Positions 46,209-56,697 of a stretch of DNA of 64,000 bases are shown in pieces; the stretch's first letter is position 1, and each line of letters begins with the position of its first letter. A program made the translations under genes and the position numbers. Source of the DNA: Methanobacteriota archaeon. Lineage in GTDB: Archaea; Thermoplasmatota; Thermoplasmata; SG8-5; DAIRED01. The stretch spans positions 64,001-128,000 of the forward strand of contig JAZDNO010000006.1 of the NCBI GenBank assembly GCA_043799545.1, read 5' to 3'. Below the pieces are notes generated by a model that was not told the origin of the DNA, made no database searches, and was given only the letters and a program-made list of their open reading frames with translations.

Positions 46209-47483
46209 ATGACCGAGACGTCCGCCCTTGAGGGGTTTTACAAGAAAAGCGTCGAGGAGCGCCTGAGACTCATTGCGGAATCGGGCGGCCTTACCGAGGA
46301 AGAGGCGAAGCTGCTGGGGCAGTTCGGGGCGCTCGGCCCGGCTCTGGCCAATCGCATGATAGAGAACGTCGTCGGCGTGATGCCGGTGACCCTGGGCTAC
46401 GCGACCAATTTCCTCGTCAACGGCAGGGAGGTGCTCATCCCCATGGCGACGGAGGAGCCTTCCGTCGTCGCCGCGGCGTCGAACGCCGCCAAGATGGCAA
46501 GACCGAGCGGGGGGTTCGAAGCCAGCGCGACCGCTCCCGTCATGATAGGCCAGATACAGCTAACGGGCGTAGTCGACCCCCAATCGGCGCGGTTCGCCGT
46601 GCTGGCCAACAAAGATAAAATCATAGAGATGTCAAACGCGATGGACCCGATGCTGGTCAAGTTCGGGGGCGGAGCGAGGGACGTGGAGGCGAGGGTCCTG
46701 GACAGCCCCGTTGGCAAGCTGCTGGTCGTGCACCTCCTGGTCGATGCGCGCGACGCCATGGGCGCGAACGCGGTGAACACGATGGCCGAAGCTGTCGCCC
46801 CTTACATTGAGGAGATAACCGGCGGGAAGGTCTACCTGCGCATCCTATCAAATCTGGCGATTCACCGCCTGGCGAGGGCTCGCGCGGTCTGGAAGAAGGA
46901 TTTGATTGGGGGGCCAGATGTCGTGGACGGCGTGATAAAGGCATGGGCATTCGCCGCGGCAGACCCGTTCAGGGCCGCGACGCATAACAAAGGGATAATG
47001 AACGGCATTGACGCGGTTGTGCTGGCCACAGGAAACGATTACAGGGCCATAGAGGCTGGAGCGCACGCCTACGCCGCCTGGTCCCACAACGGGCACTACG
47101 GCCCCCTGACGAAATACGAGAAGAACAGCGACGGCGACCTGGTCGGCACGATTGAGCTGCCGATGGCCGTTGGGCTGATAGGCGGCGCGACCGCAGTCCA
47201 CCCCATAGCGAAAATCAACGTCAAAGTGCTCGGCGTGAAAACGGCGTCGGAGCTGGCGCAGATAATCGCATCTGTCGGGCTTGCGCAGAATTTCGCCGCG
47301 CTCCGGGCGCTGTCCACGGAGGGGATACAGCGGGGCCACATGTCGTTGCACGCGCGAAACGTGGCGGCGATGGCTGGGGCGACCGGTGACGAGGTGGAAA
47401 AGGTCGTTGACATCCTCGTCAAGGAGAAGAAGGTAAGGATAGACCGAGCGAAGGAAGTCCTCGACCGGATGAGGAAGAAATGA
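46209..47483 (+). CDS. hmgA: HMG-CoA reductase, class II
   Basis: IENVVG, ATEEPSVVAA, DAMGAN, HNKGIMNG and GIQRGHM. Confidence 0.95.
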   Translation: MTETSALEGFYKKSVEERLRLIAESGGLTEEEAKLLGQFGALGPALANRMIENVVGVMPVTLGYATNFLVNGREVLIPMATEEPSVVAAASNAAKMARPSGGFEASATAPVMIGQIQLTGVVDPQSARFAVLANKDKIIEMSNAMDPMLVKFGGGARDVEARVLDSPVGKLLVVHLLVDARDAMGANAVNTMAEAVAPYIEEITGGKVYLRILSNLAIHRLARARAVWKKDLIGGPDVVDGVIKAWAFAAADPFRAATHNKGIMNGIDAVVLATGNDYRAIEAGAHAYAAWSHNGHYGPLTKYEKNSDGDLVGTIELPMAVGLIGGATAVHPIAKINVKVLGVKTASELAQIIASVGLAQNFAALRALSTEGIQRGHMSLHARNVAAMAGATGDEVEKVVDILVKEKKVRIDRAKEVLDRMRKK

Positions 47484-47491
47484 GGTGAACG

Positions 47492-49402
47492 GTGCTTCAG
47501 GACGCTACCACGGAATCGAGCCTGGAAAAGATGAAGCTGCGCTACGCGGACAAGTTCGCCAGCGACGAGGCCATATTCAAGAACATACACCGGGGCGACA
47601 GGATATTCATAAGCACCGGGTGCGGCGAGCCGGTCCATCTGGTCTCGCGGCTCATCGAGTACGTCAAAGACCACCCCAAGGCATTCTTCGACGCGGAGGT
47701 TCTGCACATCTGGACGCTCGGCGTGGCGCCGTACGCGGACGAGAAATTCAAGACCAACTTCAGGCACAACGCATTCTTCATAGGCGACAGCACCCGCGAG
47801 GCAGTGAACTCGGGGATGGCCGACTACACCCCGATATTCCTCTCCCAGGTGCCGGACCTGTTCCGCAGAAAGCTCGTCCACACGGACGTGGCGCTGATAC
47901 AGACTTCGATTCCCGACGCGCACGGTTACATGAGCCTCGGCGTGAGCGTCGACATCACCAAGGCAGCTTGCGAGGGGGCGAAGATGGTGGTCGCGCAGAT
48001 AAATCCCAATATGCCGCGAGTCCACGGTGACACCTTCGTCCACATAGAGGACATGGACTACCTCGTCTACCACGAGGAGCCGCTCCTTGTCTACGAGCCC
48101 ACGATTGTGGACGAGGTCGCCCAGAGGATAGGCAAGTACGTGGCGCGAATCGTCGAGGACGGTGACACCATCCAGGTGGGCTACGGCAGTCTCCCTAACG
48201 CGATAATGAGCAACCTTGGGGGAAAGAAGCACCTCGGGGTGCACACGGAGCTGCTCTCGGACGGGCTGGCCAGCCTCATGAGGGCGGGGGTCGTGGACAA
48301 CACCATGAAGACAATAGACAAAGGGAAAACCGTGGCGACTTTCTGCATGGGCTCCAGGCACACGTACGAGTACATCCACGACAACCCCTCCGTGGAGTTC
48401 AAGCCGATAGACTACACCAACAACCCCCTCGTCATCGCGCGGAACGAGAACATGGTGGCAATCAACAGCGCCCTCCAGATAGACCTGACGGGCCAGTCGA
48501 CGGCCGAATCTCTCGGCAAGACGCTCTACAGCGGCGTCGGTGGCCAGGCGGACTTCATGAGGGGGGCGGTCCTCTCCAAGGGAGGGAAGACTATTCTGGC
48601 GTTGCAGTCGACCGCCCAGGAAGGTGCGGCCTCCCGCATCGTTCCCACGATAATGGAGGGCTCCGGAATCACGCTGGTAAGGGGCGACATCCATTACGTG
48701 GTCACCGAGTACGGCATCGCATATCTCCACGGAAAGAACGTCCGGGAGAGGGCCATGGACCTCATCGCAATCGCGCATCCCAAGTTCCGCTCTTGGCTCA
48801 TCGAGGAAGCAAAGAAGAACGGCTTCATTTACAAGGACCAGGCGTTCATACCCGGCAAAAAGGGAGAGTATCCCGAGGAGATGGAAATCTACAAAACTAC
48901 CAGGGCGGGCGAGAACATATTCATGAGGCCGGTCAAGATAAGCGACGAGCCGTTGCTGAAGGAGTTCTTCTACTCGCTCTCAGACCAGAGCATCTACCGC
49001 AGGTTCATCTCCATGCGCAAGGACATGCCGCACGAGCGCCTCCAGGAGTTCTGCATCATCGACTACACGAAGGAGGTTCTCATCCTCGCTGTGAAGCAGT
49101 CGGAGCACCAGGACCATGAGGAAATCGTCGGGGTGGGCCAGTACGGCATAGACGAGGGAGCGCACTCGGCGGAGATAGCGTTCGTCGTGAGGGACGACTA
49201 CCAGAACAAGGGAGTCGGCTCCGAGCTTCTCGCGTACCTGACGCTCCTCGCGAGGAAGCAGGGGCTTCTCGGATTCACGGCAGAGGTTCTGATGGAGAAC
49301 AAGCCGATGCTGCACCTTTTCGAGAGCGCTGGATTCGACGTGGACAAGCGGTTCAGCGACCAGGTTTACGAGCTGAGGATGACGTTCAGAGAGGCGAAAT
49401 GA
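47492..49402 (+). CDS. Acetyl-CoA hydrolase/CoA-transferase fused to C-terminal GNAT domain
   Basis: GCGEP, QVGYG, HTE, GVGGQADF and VVTEYG, then EIAFVV.D.YQNKGVG..N.PM..LF; GTG start after GAGGTG. Confidence 0.9.
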   Translation: MLQDATTESSLEKMKLRYADKFASDEAIFKNIHRGDRIFISTGCGEPVHLVSRLIEYVKDHPKAFFDAEVLHIWTLGVAPYADEKFKTNFRHNAFFIGDSTREAVNSGMADYTPIFLSQVPDLFRRKLVHTDVALIQTSIPDAHGYMSLGVSVDITKAACEGAKMVVAQINPNMPRVHGDTFVHIEDMDYLVYHEEPLLVYEPTIVDEVAQRIGKYVARIVEDGDTIQVGYGSLPNAIMSNLGGKKHLGVHTELLSDGLASLMRAGVVDNTMKTIDKGKTVATFCMGSRHTYEYIHDNPSVEFKPIDYTNNPLVIARNENMVAINSALQIDLTGQSTAESLGKTLYSGVGGQADFMRGAVLSKGGKTILALQSTAQEGAASRIVPTIMEGSGITLVRGDIHYVVTEYGIAYLHGKNVRERAMDLIAIAHPKFRSWLIEEAKKNGFIYKDQAFIPGKKGEYPEEMEIYKTTRAGENIFMRPVKISDEPLLKEFFYSLSDQSIYRRFISMRKDMPHERLQEFCIIDYTKEVLILAVKQSEHQDHEEIVGVGQYGIDEGAHSAEIAFVVRDDYQNKGVGSELLAYLTLLARKQGLLGFTAEVLMENKPMLHLFESAGFDVDKRFSDQVYELRMTFREAK

Positions 49403-51525
49403 TGGGCCGCGGCGCCGACGTCAGGACGCTTTTCGAGCCGCGCTCCGTTGCCATTTTCGGAGCCACGCCCGACAGGGATAAAATCGGCTTCAAGATACTG
49501 GACAACTTAGTGTCGGGGGGATTCAAAGGCGAGGTGTACCCCATCAACCCCAAGGGGGGCGAGGTGCTCGGGCTGAAGATTTACAAATCTCTGGACGAGG
49601 TCGAGGGCGATGTGGACATGGGCATCATCGCCATTCCCGCCAAGTTCGTCTTCGACGCGTTGAGGGCGTGCGCCATGAAGGGAGTCAGGCACGTCCCTAT
49701 AATATCGTCCGGTTTCAGCGAGATCGGCAACGGGGAGGAGGAGCGGGCGATGGCCCGGTTCGCCAGGGAGAACGGAATGCGCATCCTCGGACCGAACATC
49801 TTCGGCATTTATTCCCGCTCCTCGTCTTTCAACGCGACGTTCGGTCCTAAGGACGTTACGCCCGGCGGCGTCGCAATAATCACCCAGAGCGGCGCGCTCG
49901 GCATCGCCATGATTGGAAAGTCGGCGGTGGAGAACGTCGGCCTTTCGTGCGTGGTTTCCATGGGTAACAAGGCGGACATCGACGAGGCGGACCTGCTGGA
50001 TTACATCGCCGAGGACGACAACACAAAGATTGTCCTGATGTACATCGAGGGCGTCCAAAACGGAGAGAAGCTCATAGCCTCTCTGCGGAAGTTCACGATG
50101 AGAAAACCCGTCGTCGTCATCAAGTCCGGGCGCTCGAAGCGCGGGGCGATGGCCGCGGCCTCGCACACCGGCTCCCTCGCAGGGAGCGACGCGATATTCG
50201 ACGCTGTGATGAGGCAGTGCGGCGTAATGCGCGCGGAAACTTTGAAGGACGCTTTCAACTGGTGCAAGTTCATCTCGTATTCAGCCACGCCGAAGGGAGA
50301 GAACGCAGTGATTGTCACAAACGGCGGGGGAATCGGGGTGCTCGCTACAGATGCTTGCGAAAAACACGGCGTCAGGCTCTACGACGACCAGCAAGTCCTG
50401 AAAAACGCCTTCGGAAAGGTCACGCCCGAGTTCGGCTCGACCAAAAACCCGATAGACCTCACTGGCCAGGCGACGCCGGAGTTCTACGACGACGCCCTGC
50501 AGGCCGGCATAGAAGGAAGAACGATAGATTCGGTCGTAGGGCTGTATTGCGAGACGGCGGTTTTCGACCCGGAGGGGCTAAAGCGTATGATTGCCGACGC
50601 GTATCGCAAATACGCGAAAGCCGGCAAGCCAGTCGTATTCTCGATTGTCGGCGGTCACAAGGTCGAGACATGCATCAGCTCGCTGAGCAAAGACGGGATT
50701 CCAATATTTCCCGAGGTCTACGAGGCAGTGTCGTGCCTCGGTGCGTCCTACGCCCACCGCAAGCGAGTCTCGGAGTCGGAGGAGCCGATGGCCGAGGTGG
50801 ACATCGACGTCGACGCGATAGGAGAAGTCGCCTCCAAAGCCCGCGCGGAAGGGCGTTACTTCCTGCTATCCAACGAGGCGCAGGAGGTCATGCGCGCCGC
50901 AGGAATCCAGCTCCCGAAGAGCCGCATCGCGAAGAGCATGGAAGAGGCAGTCCGATTCGCCAAGGGGATAGGTTATCCGGTCGTGATGAAGGTCGTTTCG
51001 AAGGACATCGTCCACAAGAGCGACGTGGGGGGTGTGGCGCTGGGCATAGACGACGAGCGCGAGGTCGTCGACGCATACCAGGCGATAATGCAGAGTTGCA
51101 AGTCCCACGATCCGACCGCGGTCATAGAGGGCATACAGGTCGACGAGATGGTGCGGGACGGGACGGAGATAATCGTAGGCGCACGCCGGGACGGGGGTTT
51201 CGGTCCAGTGGTCATGTGCGGCCTCGGGGGCATCTACGTCGAGGTGATGAAAGACGTTGCCTTCAGGGCATTCCCCCTGAGCAGGAAGGAGGCGATGTCG
51301 ATGATAAAGGAGATAAAAACCTACCAGCTCCTCCTGGGCGCAAGGGGCGAGGAGCGAAAGGACATCGAAGGGGTAATAGAAACCCTTATCAAACTCGGAA
51401 CGATAATCAAGAGATGCCGGGGCATCTCCGACATAGAGGTCAACCCCGTGATGGTATACGAGAGCGGGAAAGGAGTGAAAGCCGTCGACGTGAGGATTCT
51501 CCTTTCGAAGCAGGAGGCGGGTTAG
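49399..51525 (+). CDS. ADP-forming acyl-CoA synthetase (alpha+beta fusion)
   Basis: FEPRSVA, GPNIFG, TQSGA, SHTGSLAG phospho-His, GYPVVMK, HKSDVGGV and VNP. Confidence 0.93.
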   Translation: MMGRGADVRTLFEPRSVAIFGATPDRDKIGFKILDNLVSGGFKGEVYPINPKGGEVLGLKIYKSLDEVEGDVDMGIIAIPAKFVFDALRACAMKGVRHVPIISSGFSEIGNGEEERAMARFARENGMRILGPNIFGIYSRSSSFNATFGPKDVTPGGVAIITQSGALGIAMIGKSAVENVGLSCVVSMGNKADIDEADLLDYIAEDDNTKIVLMYIEGVQNGEKLIASLRKFTMRKPVVVIKSGRSKRGAMAAASHTGSLAGSDAIFDAVMRQCGVMRAETLKDAFNWCKFISYSATPKGENAVIVTNGGGIGVLATDACEKHGVRLYDDQQVLKNAFGKVTPEFGSTKNPIDLTGQATPEFYDDALQAGIEGRTIDSVVGLYCETAVFDPEGLKRMIADAYRKYAKAGKPVVFSIVGGHKVETCISSLSKDGIPIFPEVYEAVSCLGASYAHRKRVSESEEPMAEVDIDVDAIGEVASKARAEGRYFLLSNEAQEVMRAAGIQLPKSRIAKSMEEAVRFAKGIGYPVVMKVVSKDIVHKSDVGGVALGIDDEREVVDAYQAIMQSCKSHDPTAVIEGIQVDEMVRDGTEIIVGARRDGGFGPVVMCGLGGIYVEVMKDVAFRAFPLSRKEAMSMIKEIKTYQLLLGARGEERKDIEGVIETLIKLGTIIKRCRGISDIEVNPVMVYESGKGVKAVDVRILLSKQEAG

Positions 51526-52560
51526 ATGGAAAAGCTGGTCATAGCGTCTGTCAGGAAGAGCGCCGGGAAAACGTCCGTCATCATCGGAATGGCAAAGTCG
51601 TTGAAGGGGAAGCCGGGATACATGAAGCCCTTCGGGGACCGCCTTCTGTACAAGAAGAAGCGCCTGTGGGATTACGATGCCGCGCTGGCGACCAACATGC
51701 TGGGGCTGGATCAGGACCCGGAAAACATCACCATCGGCTTCGAGCACTCCAAGCTGAGGTACATGTACGACGAGAAGGCAACGAAGGATAAGCTGGTCGA
51801 GATATCCGCGTGCGCCAGCAAAGGGAAGGAAACGCTCTTTGTCGAGGCCGGAAGGGACCTGTCGTACGGCGTTTCTGTTGGACTGGATGCGATTTCAATC
51901 GCTAAGGCGATAGACGGCAAGGCCGTCGTAATAGTCAGCGGCGACCCAGAGTCGGTCGTGGACGACGTGACCTTCCTGGACAAGTACGTGAACGCCAAGG
52001 GCGCGCGCCTCGCGGGAGTGATAATCAACAAGGTACAGGACGTGCAGGATTTCGGGGACACCTACCTGCCTCGCATCGAGGGAGTGGGCATACCGGTCCT
52101 CGGGATGCTCCCCCACCACCCGGAGCTGTCCAAATTCTCCGTGAGCTACCTGGCCGACCGCCTTTTTGCGAAGGTCATCACAGGCGAGGGGAACATGGGC
52201 CGGACAGTGGACAACGTATTCATCGGCGCCATGTCGGCGACGGCCGCGATGCAGAACGCGCAGTTCAAGAAGGGCGGGAAGCTCATCATCACCAGCGGGG
52301 ACAGGAGCGACATGATTGTGGCGGCGCTGGAAACGGACACGGCAGCGGTGATAATCACCAACAACGTGCTCCCGTCTTCGAGCATCATATCAAAGGCCGC
52401 CGAGCGGAACGTGCCGCTGCTGGTCGTGCCCGGGGACACCTACGGCACCGCGAGGCAAATCGAGGGCATGGAACCCCTTCTCACCAAGGACGATACGGGA
52501 AAGGCGGAGCTGCTGGCAGAGAGCGTGAGGAAGAACATCAACATGAAGGCGCTGCTGTAA
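51526..52560 (+). CDS. Phosphotransacetylase-N-terminal-like protein (BioD-like P-loop + DRTGG)
   Basis: SAGKTSV, YMKPFG and ITSGDRSD; no Pta catalytic domain. Confidence 0.88.
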   Translation: MEKLVIASVRKSAGKTSVIIGMAKSLKGKPGYMKPFGDRLLYKKKRLWDYDAALATNMLGLDQDPENITIGFEHSKLRYMYDEKATKDKLVEISACASKGKETLFVEAGRDLSYGVSVGLDAISIAKAIDGKAVVIVSGDPESVVDDVTFLDKYVNAKGARLAGVIINKVQDVQDFGDTYLPRIEGVGIPVLGMLPHHPELSKFSVSYLADRLFAKVITGEGNMGRTVDNVFIGAMSATAAMQNAQFKKGGKLIITSGDRSDMIVAALETDTAAVIITNNVLPSSSIISKAAERNVPLLVVPGDTYGTARQIEGMEPLLTKDDTGKAELLAESVRKNINMKALL

Positions 52561-52612
52561 ATCTTTATCACATCTCGTTCAATGGCTCGGGACTCGAAGA
52601 TAACCAGTGCCC

Positions 52613-53242
52613 CTAGTCCATAAAAATGTATCCGGACACGATGTGGATGTCGAGCTCCACGGTACCCGAAGGAACGGCATCTGAGCTTCTCAGAGGGTTG
52701 TCCGTGTTGTCGAACACTACGATTAGGTTGTACGATCCCGCCGTCTGAAATTCGCAGGCCTGGGAGAGCGTGTCCTCGTCCTCCCACATCTCGGTTGCCG
52801 AGAACACGGCAGGCGTGTAATTGCCGTACGTCCCGTCGTACTGCGGCGCGTTCATCAGATACACGTCGACGTTCGAGCCAGATGTCACGTTCATGAATAT
52901 CCATACCTTAGAGGGGGACCAGCCGGCGTCTACTTTGAAGTGCGCCCCCTCCGAGAGTGTGACGCTGCCTTCAAAGACATCGCTGGTCCCGCCCTGGTCG
53001 AAGCTGGACAGAGCGACGAAGAAGACGGCCGCGGGGATGACGATCATGATTAGCAGTAAAACCACTGCGACTATCGTGGTTCCCTTGATGCGGTCGTCCC
53101 TCGGCGGTTGGAGCGGCGGGTACGGGGGGTAGGGCGCGTAATACGGCGGGTAGTAGTAGGAAGGCGCCTGGATTGGCTGCTGCAGCGGTTCCTGAACCGG
53201 CATTTGACTAACGTCCGGACCCACATTGTTTTCACCGGTCAT
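52613..53242 (-). CDS. Membrane-anchored protein with Pro/Tyr-rich N-terminus and GOLD-like beta domain
   Basis: PSYYYPPYYAPYPPYPP, single TM, VDVYLM..Y and IVVFDNT. Confidence 0.6.
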   Translation of the reverse strand: MTGENNVGPDVSQMPVQEPLQQPIQAPSYYYPPYYAPYPPYPPLQPPRDDRIKGTTIVAVVLLLIMIVIPAAVFFVALSSFDQGGTSDVFEGSVTLSEGAHFKVDAGWSPSKVWIFMNVTSGSNVDVYLMNAPQYDGTYGNYTPAVFSATEMWEDEDTLSQACEFQTAGSYNLIVVFDNTDNPLRSSDAVPSGTVELDIHIVSGYIFMD

Positions 53243-53287
53243 GCATCATCAATGCTCCGCTGCGTTATTAAATTTTATGGATTCAGC

Positions 53288-53752
53288 TCACTCTATCATG
53301 TTCTGGTCAGGCCTGTCGACGACCCTGTCGCAGTAGAGGCACCTGAGCTTCACTGGCTCCTTCGACTCGACTGTGAAAGAGGGCTCTATCGGCTCGTTGA
53401 GGTTGGAGATGCAGGACTGGTTGGGGCAGCGCACTATCCCTTTAACGAGCTCAGGGAGATCCGGCGTGTACTTCTTGATGACCTCGAAGTTGCGGATGAT
53501 GCTTATCGTGGCGTGCGGCGCCACGAGCGCAATCTGGTTCACCTCGCGTTGCTTCAGCTCCCTGCCCTCGACCTTGACGATGTCCTTCCACTTCTGCTTC
53601 TTGCTCGGGGCCTTGATGAGGACCGTCACGGTCCATTCCGGCGCACCCGAGACGAGCCCCATTATCTTCAGAACCTTGAGCGCGTTCCCGCATTCGATGT
53701 GGTCGATTACAGTCCCGTTCTCAATCGGCGGGACCTTCATGTCCTTGCCCAT
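53288..53752 (-). CDS. pyrI: Aspartate carbamoyltransferase regulatory chain
   Basis: IENGTVIDHI, KDIVKVEG, CPNQSCISN and CLYC. Confidence 0.96.
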   Translation of the reverse strand: MGKDMKVPPIENGTVIDHIECGNALKVLKIMGLVSGAPEWTVTVLIKAPSKKQKWKDIVKVEGRELKQREVNQIALVAPHATISIIRNFEVIKKYTPDLPELVKGIVRCPNQSCISNLNEPIEPSFTVESKEPVKLRCLYCDRVVDRPDQNMIE

Positions 53753-54682
53753 TCAGTCCACCTCCCCCAGGACCAGTGCCAGGAGCGCCATTCTCACAGG
53801 CACGCCGTAGAACGCCTGCTTGAAGTACATCGCATGCTTCGTCGAATCGACGTCCGGCGATATCTCCGTCACCCTCGGCAGGGGATGCATGACAATGAGC
53901 TTCTCACCGGCGCACTTGAGCAGTTCCGCGTTGACCTGGTACGTGCCTGCGACGCGCTGGTATTCGTTCGGGTCGGGGAACCGCTCCTTCTGTATCCTCG
54001 TCACGTAAAGGGCGTTCGCCTCCTTCACAGCCTCGTCCAGCCTCGTCGTGGTTTTCAGCTCGGCTCCCTGGGCGTTCAGCCTGTCCATTATCTCCTTCGG
54101 CATCTGCAGTTCCTTCGGGGCCACGAAGATTAGCTTTGCGCCGAACATCGCCAGCGCGTACGCAAGGGAGTGCACGGTCCTGCCGTACTTGAGGTCGCCG
54201 ACCATGGCTATGGTCTTGCCGTCTATGGCGCCGAGCTCCTCCCGGAGGGTGAACAAATCGAGCATCGTCTGCGTCGGATGCTGGCCAGCGCCGTCGCCGG
54301 CGTTGATGACCGGCTTGGAGCAGAACTCCGCGGCAAGCCTGGCCGCGCCCTCGTGCGGGTGCCTAAGCACCATCGCGTCCGAGTAAGCCTCGGCCATCTT
54401 CGCCGTGTCGGCGAGAGTCTCGCCCTTCTTCATCGATGTGACGTTCGGGTCTGCGAAACCTATGTATCGTCCGCCGAGCCTGCAAATCGCGCTCTGGAAA
54501 GAGAGCCTGGTGCGCGTGCTGGGTTCGTAGAAGAACGTCGACAGAACGTGGTTCCCCAGCATGTTGCTGCGCTTCTTTCCCTCGGCGATGGGCAGCATCT
54601 CCCTCGCGACGTCGAGGATGTGCTCTATATCCTGGCGCGAAAATTCCCGAATGGACACGATGTCCCGGCCCTTGAAGCTCAT
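53753..54682 (-). CDS. pyrB: Aspartate carbamoyltransferase catalytic chain
   Basis: FYEPSTRTRLSF, HPTQTMLD and MHPLPR. Confidence 0.97.
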   Translation of the reverse strand: MSFKGRDIVSIREFSRQDIEHILDVAREMLPIAEGKKRSNMLGNHVLSTFFYEPSTRTRLSFQSAICRLGGRYIGFADPNVTSMKKGETLADTAKMAEAYSDAMVLRHPHEGAARLAAEFCSKPVINAGDGAGQHPTQTMLDLFTLREELGAIDGKTIAMVGDLKYGRTVHSLAYALAMFGAKLIFVAPKELQMPKEIMDRLNAQGAELKTTTRLDEAVKEANALYVTRIQKERFPDPNEYQRVAGTYQVNAELLKCAGEKLIVMHPLPRVTEISPDVDSTKHAMYFKQAFYGVPVRMALLALVLGEVD

Positions 54683-54765
54683 GTCAACCGGGAAAGGTGT
54701 AAGGTCATTTACGATATTACCCTTTGTGAGGAAGCGTTAAATCAGGACTTGCCTTTACGAGCACG

Positions 54766-56139
54766 ATGCCTGAAGCGCAGAAGCCGAGCGGTTTTGAGAA
54801 AGCCTCGACGGTGCTGGCCCCGACGCTCAACACCCTCGTTTTTATAATAATCGCCCGTGAGCTGGGCGCCGAATCCCTGGGCTCCGTGGCGCTGTATCTG
54901 TCTTTGGCGGCTTGCATAACGCTCTCCTTCGACCTCGGTCACGCCTGGGGAGGTGCGGGCGGGAGATCTTTGCGCGCGCTGGTGCACCTCTCGTTCACGA
55001 TGGCGGGTTTCGTGCTGGCGGCCGTGGGATGGCTGGTCGTCGGATGCGACTGCATCATCGCGCTTGGGCTTTACGCCGCTTACCACGGCGCGACTTCCGC
55101 TGCAATCGCCATTTCGCAGGATGGCGGAACCTCGGCGAAGGCGGGGCTGGCAGACGGAATCTTGCGCGTCGCAATTCTCGCGCCGCTTATTTACGTATTT
55201 TGGGAAGGGGGATCAGGACCCTTGACCATTCCCATAGCTTTCATCTTCGCGGTTGGGGGGTTGGCGGCGCTGGCCGTTGCAACAGCTAGATACACTCCGC
55301 TCAGCATCTCGGCTGCGCGCTCCGAGCTGGGCGAGGCATCTGGCGGCGCGTTTGCTTTCTCGATTCTCGCCGGCCTGATGATGTGGGTCGACAAGCCCTT
55401 GCTTTACCTCCTGGATGGAGAAGTCTCGCTCGGTTTCTACTTTGCAGTCCAGCGAACAGTTGTCTTCATCGGTGCGGCTGGCGTGGTGATTGCTGGCATG
55501 GTGTCGGGCAGGTTTTCTTTGATTGACCGAGAAGCGGGCAAGCGTTTGGCGACGCTGATGGAAAGGTACGCCTCGTTGTGCGTCATCCCCATGGGAGCGT
55601 TCTACATCGCCTTTTCCAGGCAAATCGTGGCGACCTTCTTCGGGATGGGCTATGCCGCGCACCACGCGCTCATGTATCCGATGGCGTTTGCCGGAGTTTT
55701 TACCGCACTGGCATCTCCGTCTTTATCGTGGCTTGCGAGCGATTCCAAGTGGCGCGCACTTGCCGTTGCCGCTGGCTCAGCACTAACGGTATTAGTATGC
55801 CTCGCAGTGGCGTTGCTGGAGTCGGAGATCATCGAAGACCCGTCGACAGCGGCGGCGGTCGGCTGCGCCATTTCATCGCTCGCTCTCTACGTGTCGGTGC
55901 GCGCGATTCTCCTGCGCGATGGCGTGCGGATGCATGGAAACATGCCCAAGCACGTCGCATGCGCCGTTGGAATGGCCATCTCTTTGCATTGGGTCTCAAC
56001 CAGCTTCGCAGCATTGGGGCTCGCAGAGCTGGTGTTTTTAGCGCTCGCAGGCGTCCTTGTCTACGGTTTGCTGCTCTACCTCTTCGGAGAATTCATGCAG
56101 GGTGAATACGGCGAGTTCAAGGCATTGCGCGGGGTGTGA
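54766..56139 (+). CDS. Wzx/MOP-superfamily flippase-like membrane protein
   Basis: About 12-14 hydrophobic segments; LMMWVDK.LL..L...SLGFY pattern. Confidence 0.65.
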   Translation: MPEAQKPSGFEKASTVLAPTLNTLVFIIIARELGAESLGSVALYLSLAACITLSFDLGHAWGGAGGRSLRALVHLSFTMAGFVLAAVGWLVVGCDCIIALGLYAAYHGATSAAIAISQDGGTSAKAGLADGILRVAILAPLIYVFWEGGSGPLTIPIAFIFAVGGLAALAVATARYTPLSISAARSELGEASGGAFAFSILAGLMMWVDKPLLYLLDGEVSLGFYFAVQRTVVFIGAAGVVIAGMVSGRFSLIDREAGKRLATLMERYASLCVIPMGAFYIAFSRQIVATFFGMGYAAHHALMYPMAFAGVFTALASPSLSWLASDSKWRALAVAAGSALTVLVCLAVALLESEIIEDPSTAAAVGCAISSLALYVSVRAILLRDGVRMHGNMPKHVACAVGMAISLHWVSTSFAALGLAELVFLALAGVLVYGLLLYLFGEFMQGEYGEFKALRGV

Positions 56140-56145
56140 GGAATC

Positions 56146-56586
56146 TCATTTGCAGCCCTTGCAGCTGTCGTGCCCGTCTTGATGGCAATCGATGTCGCGC
56201 GGGGCTGGCCTGGGCTTCCCATCTTTCCTGGCTCTGTAATCCTCGATTGCAGCGTGTAGGGCATCCGCGGCGAGGTTCGAGCAGTGCATCTTGATTGGCG
56301 GCAGTCCGTCAAGCGCTCCCGCGACGTCTCCGCGCGTTATCCTGATGGCTTCGTCGAGCGTCTTGCCCTTTGCAAGCTCCGTGGTCATGCTGCTGGTGGC
56401 AATTGCGGCGGCGCATCCGAAAGTCTTGAACTTGATATCCTCAATGACTCCGTCCTTCACCTTGATGTACATTGTCATCAGGTCGCCACAGGTCGGGTTT
56501 CCCACCTCTCCGACCCCGTCCGCATCCGGGATCTCGACGACGTTCTTCGGGTTCTTGAAATGCTCCATGACCTTTTCGCTGTACAT
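56146..56586 (-). CDS. iscU: IscU/NifU Fe-S scaffold
   Basis: YSEKVMEHF.NP.N, GNPTCGD, GCAAAIA and PPIKMHCSNLA. Confidence 0.95.
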   Translation of the reverse strand: MYSEKVMEHFKNPKNVVEIPDADGVGEVGNPTCGDLMTMYIKVKDGVIEDIKFKTFGCAAAIATSSMTTELAKGKTLDEAIRITRGDVAGALDGLPPIKMHCSNLAADALHAAIEDYRARKDGKPRPAPRDIDCHQDGHDSCKGCK

Positions 56587-56697
56587 ACTCCTCCCAAAGG
56601 AGCCGTCTCATTAATAATTTCCCCCGCCGCGCAAAGGAATGGATTGGCAACCGTAAAATACTCAGACCTCGATGTGGGCTCAGCCTAGGTGATCGTC

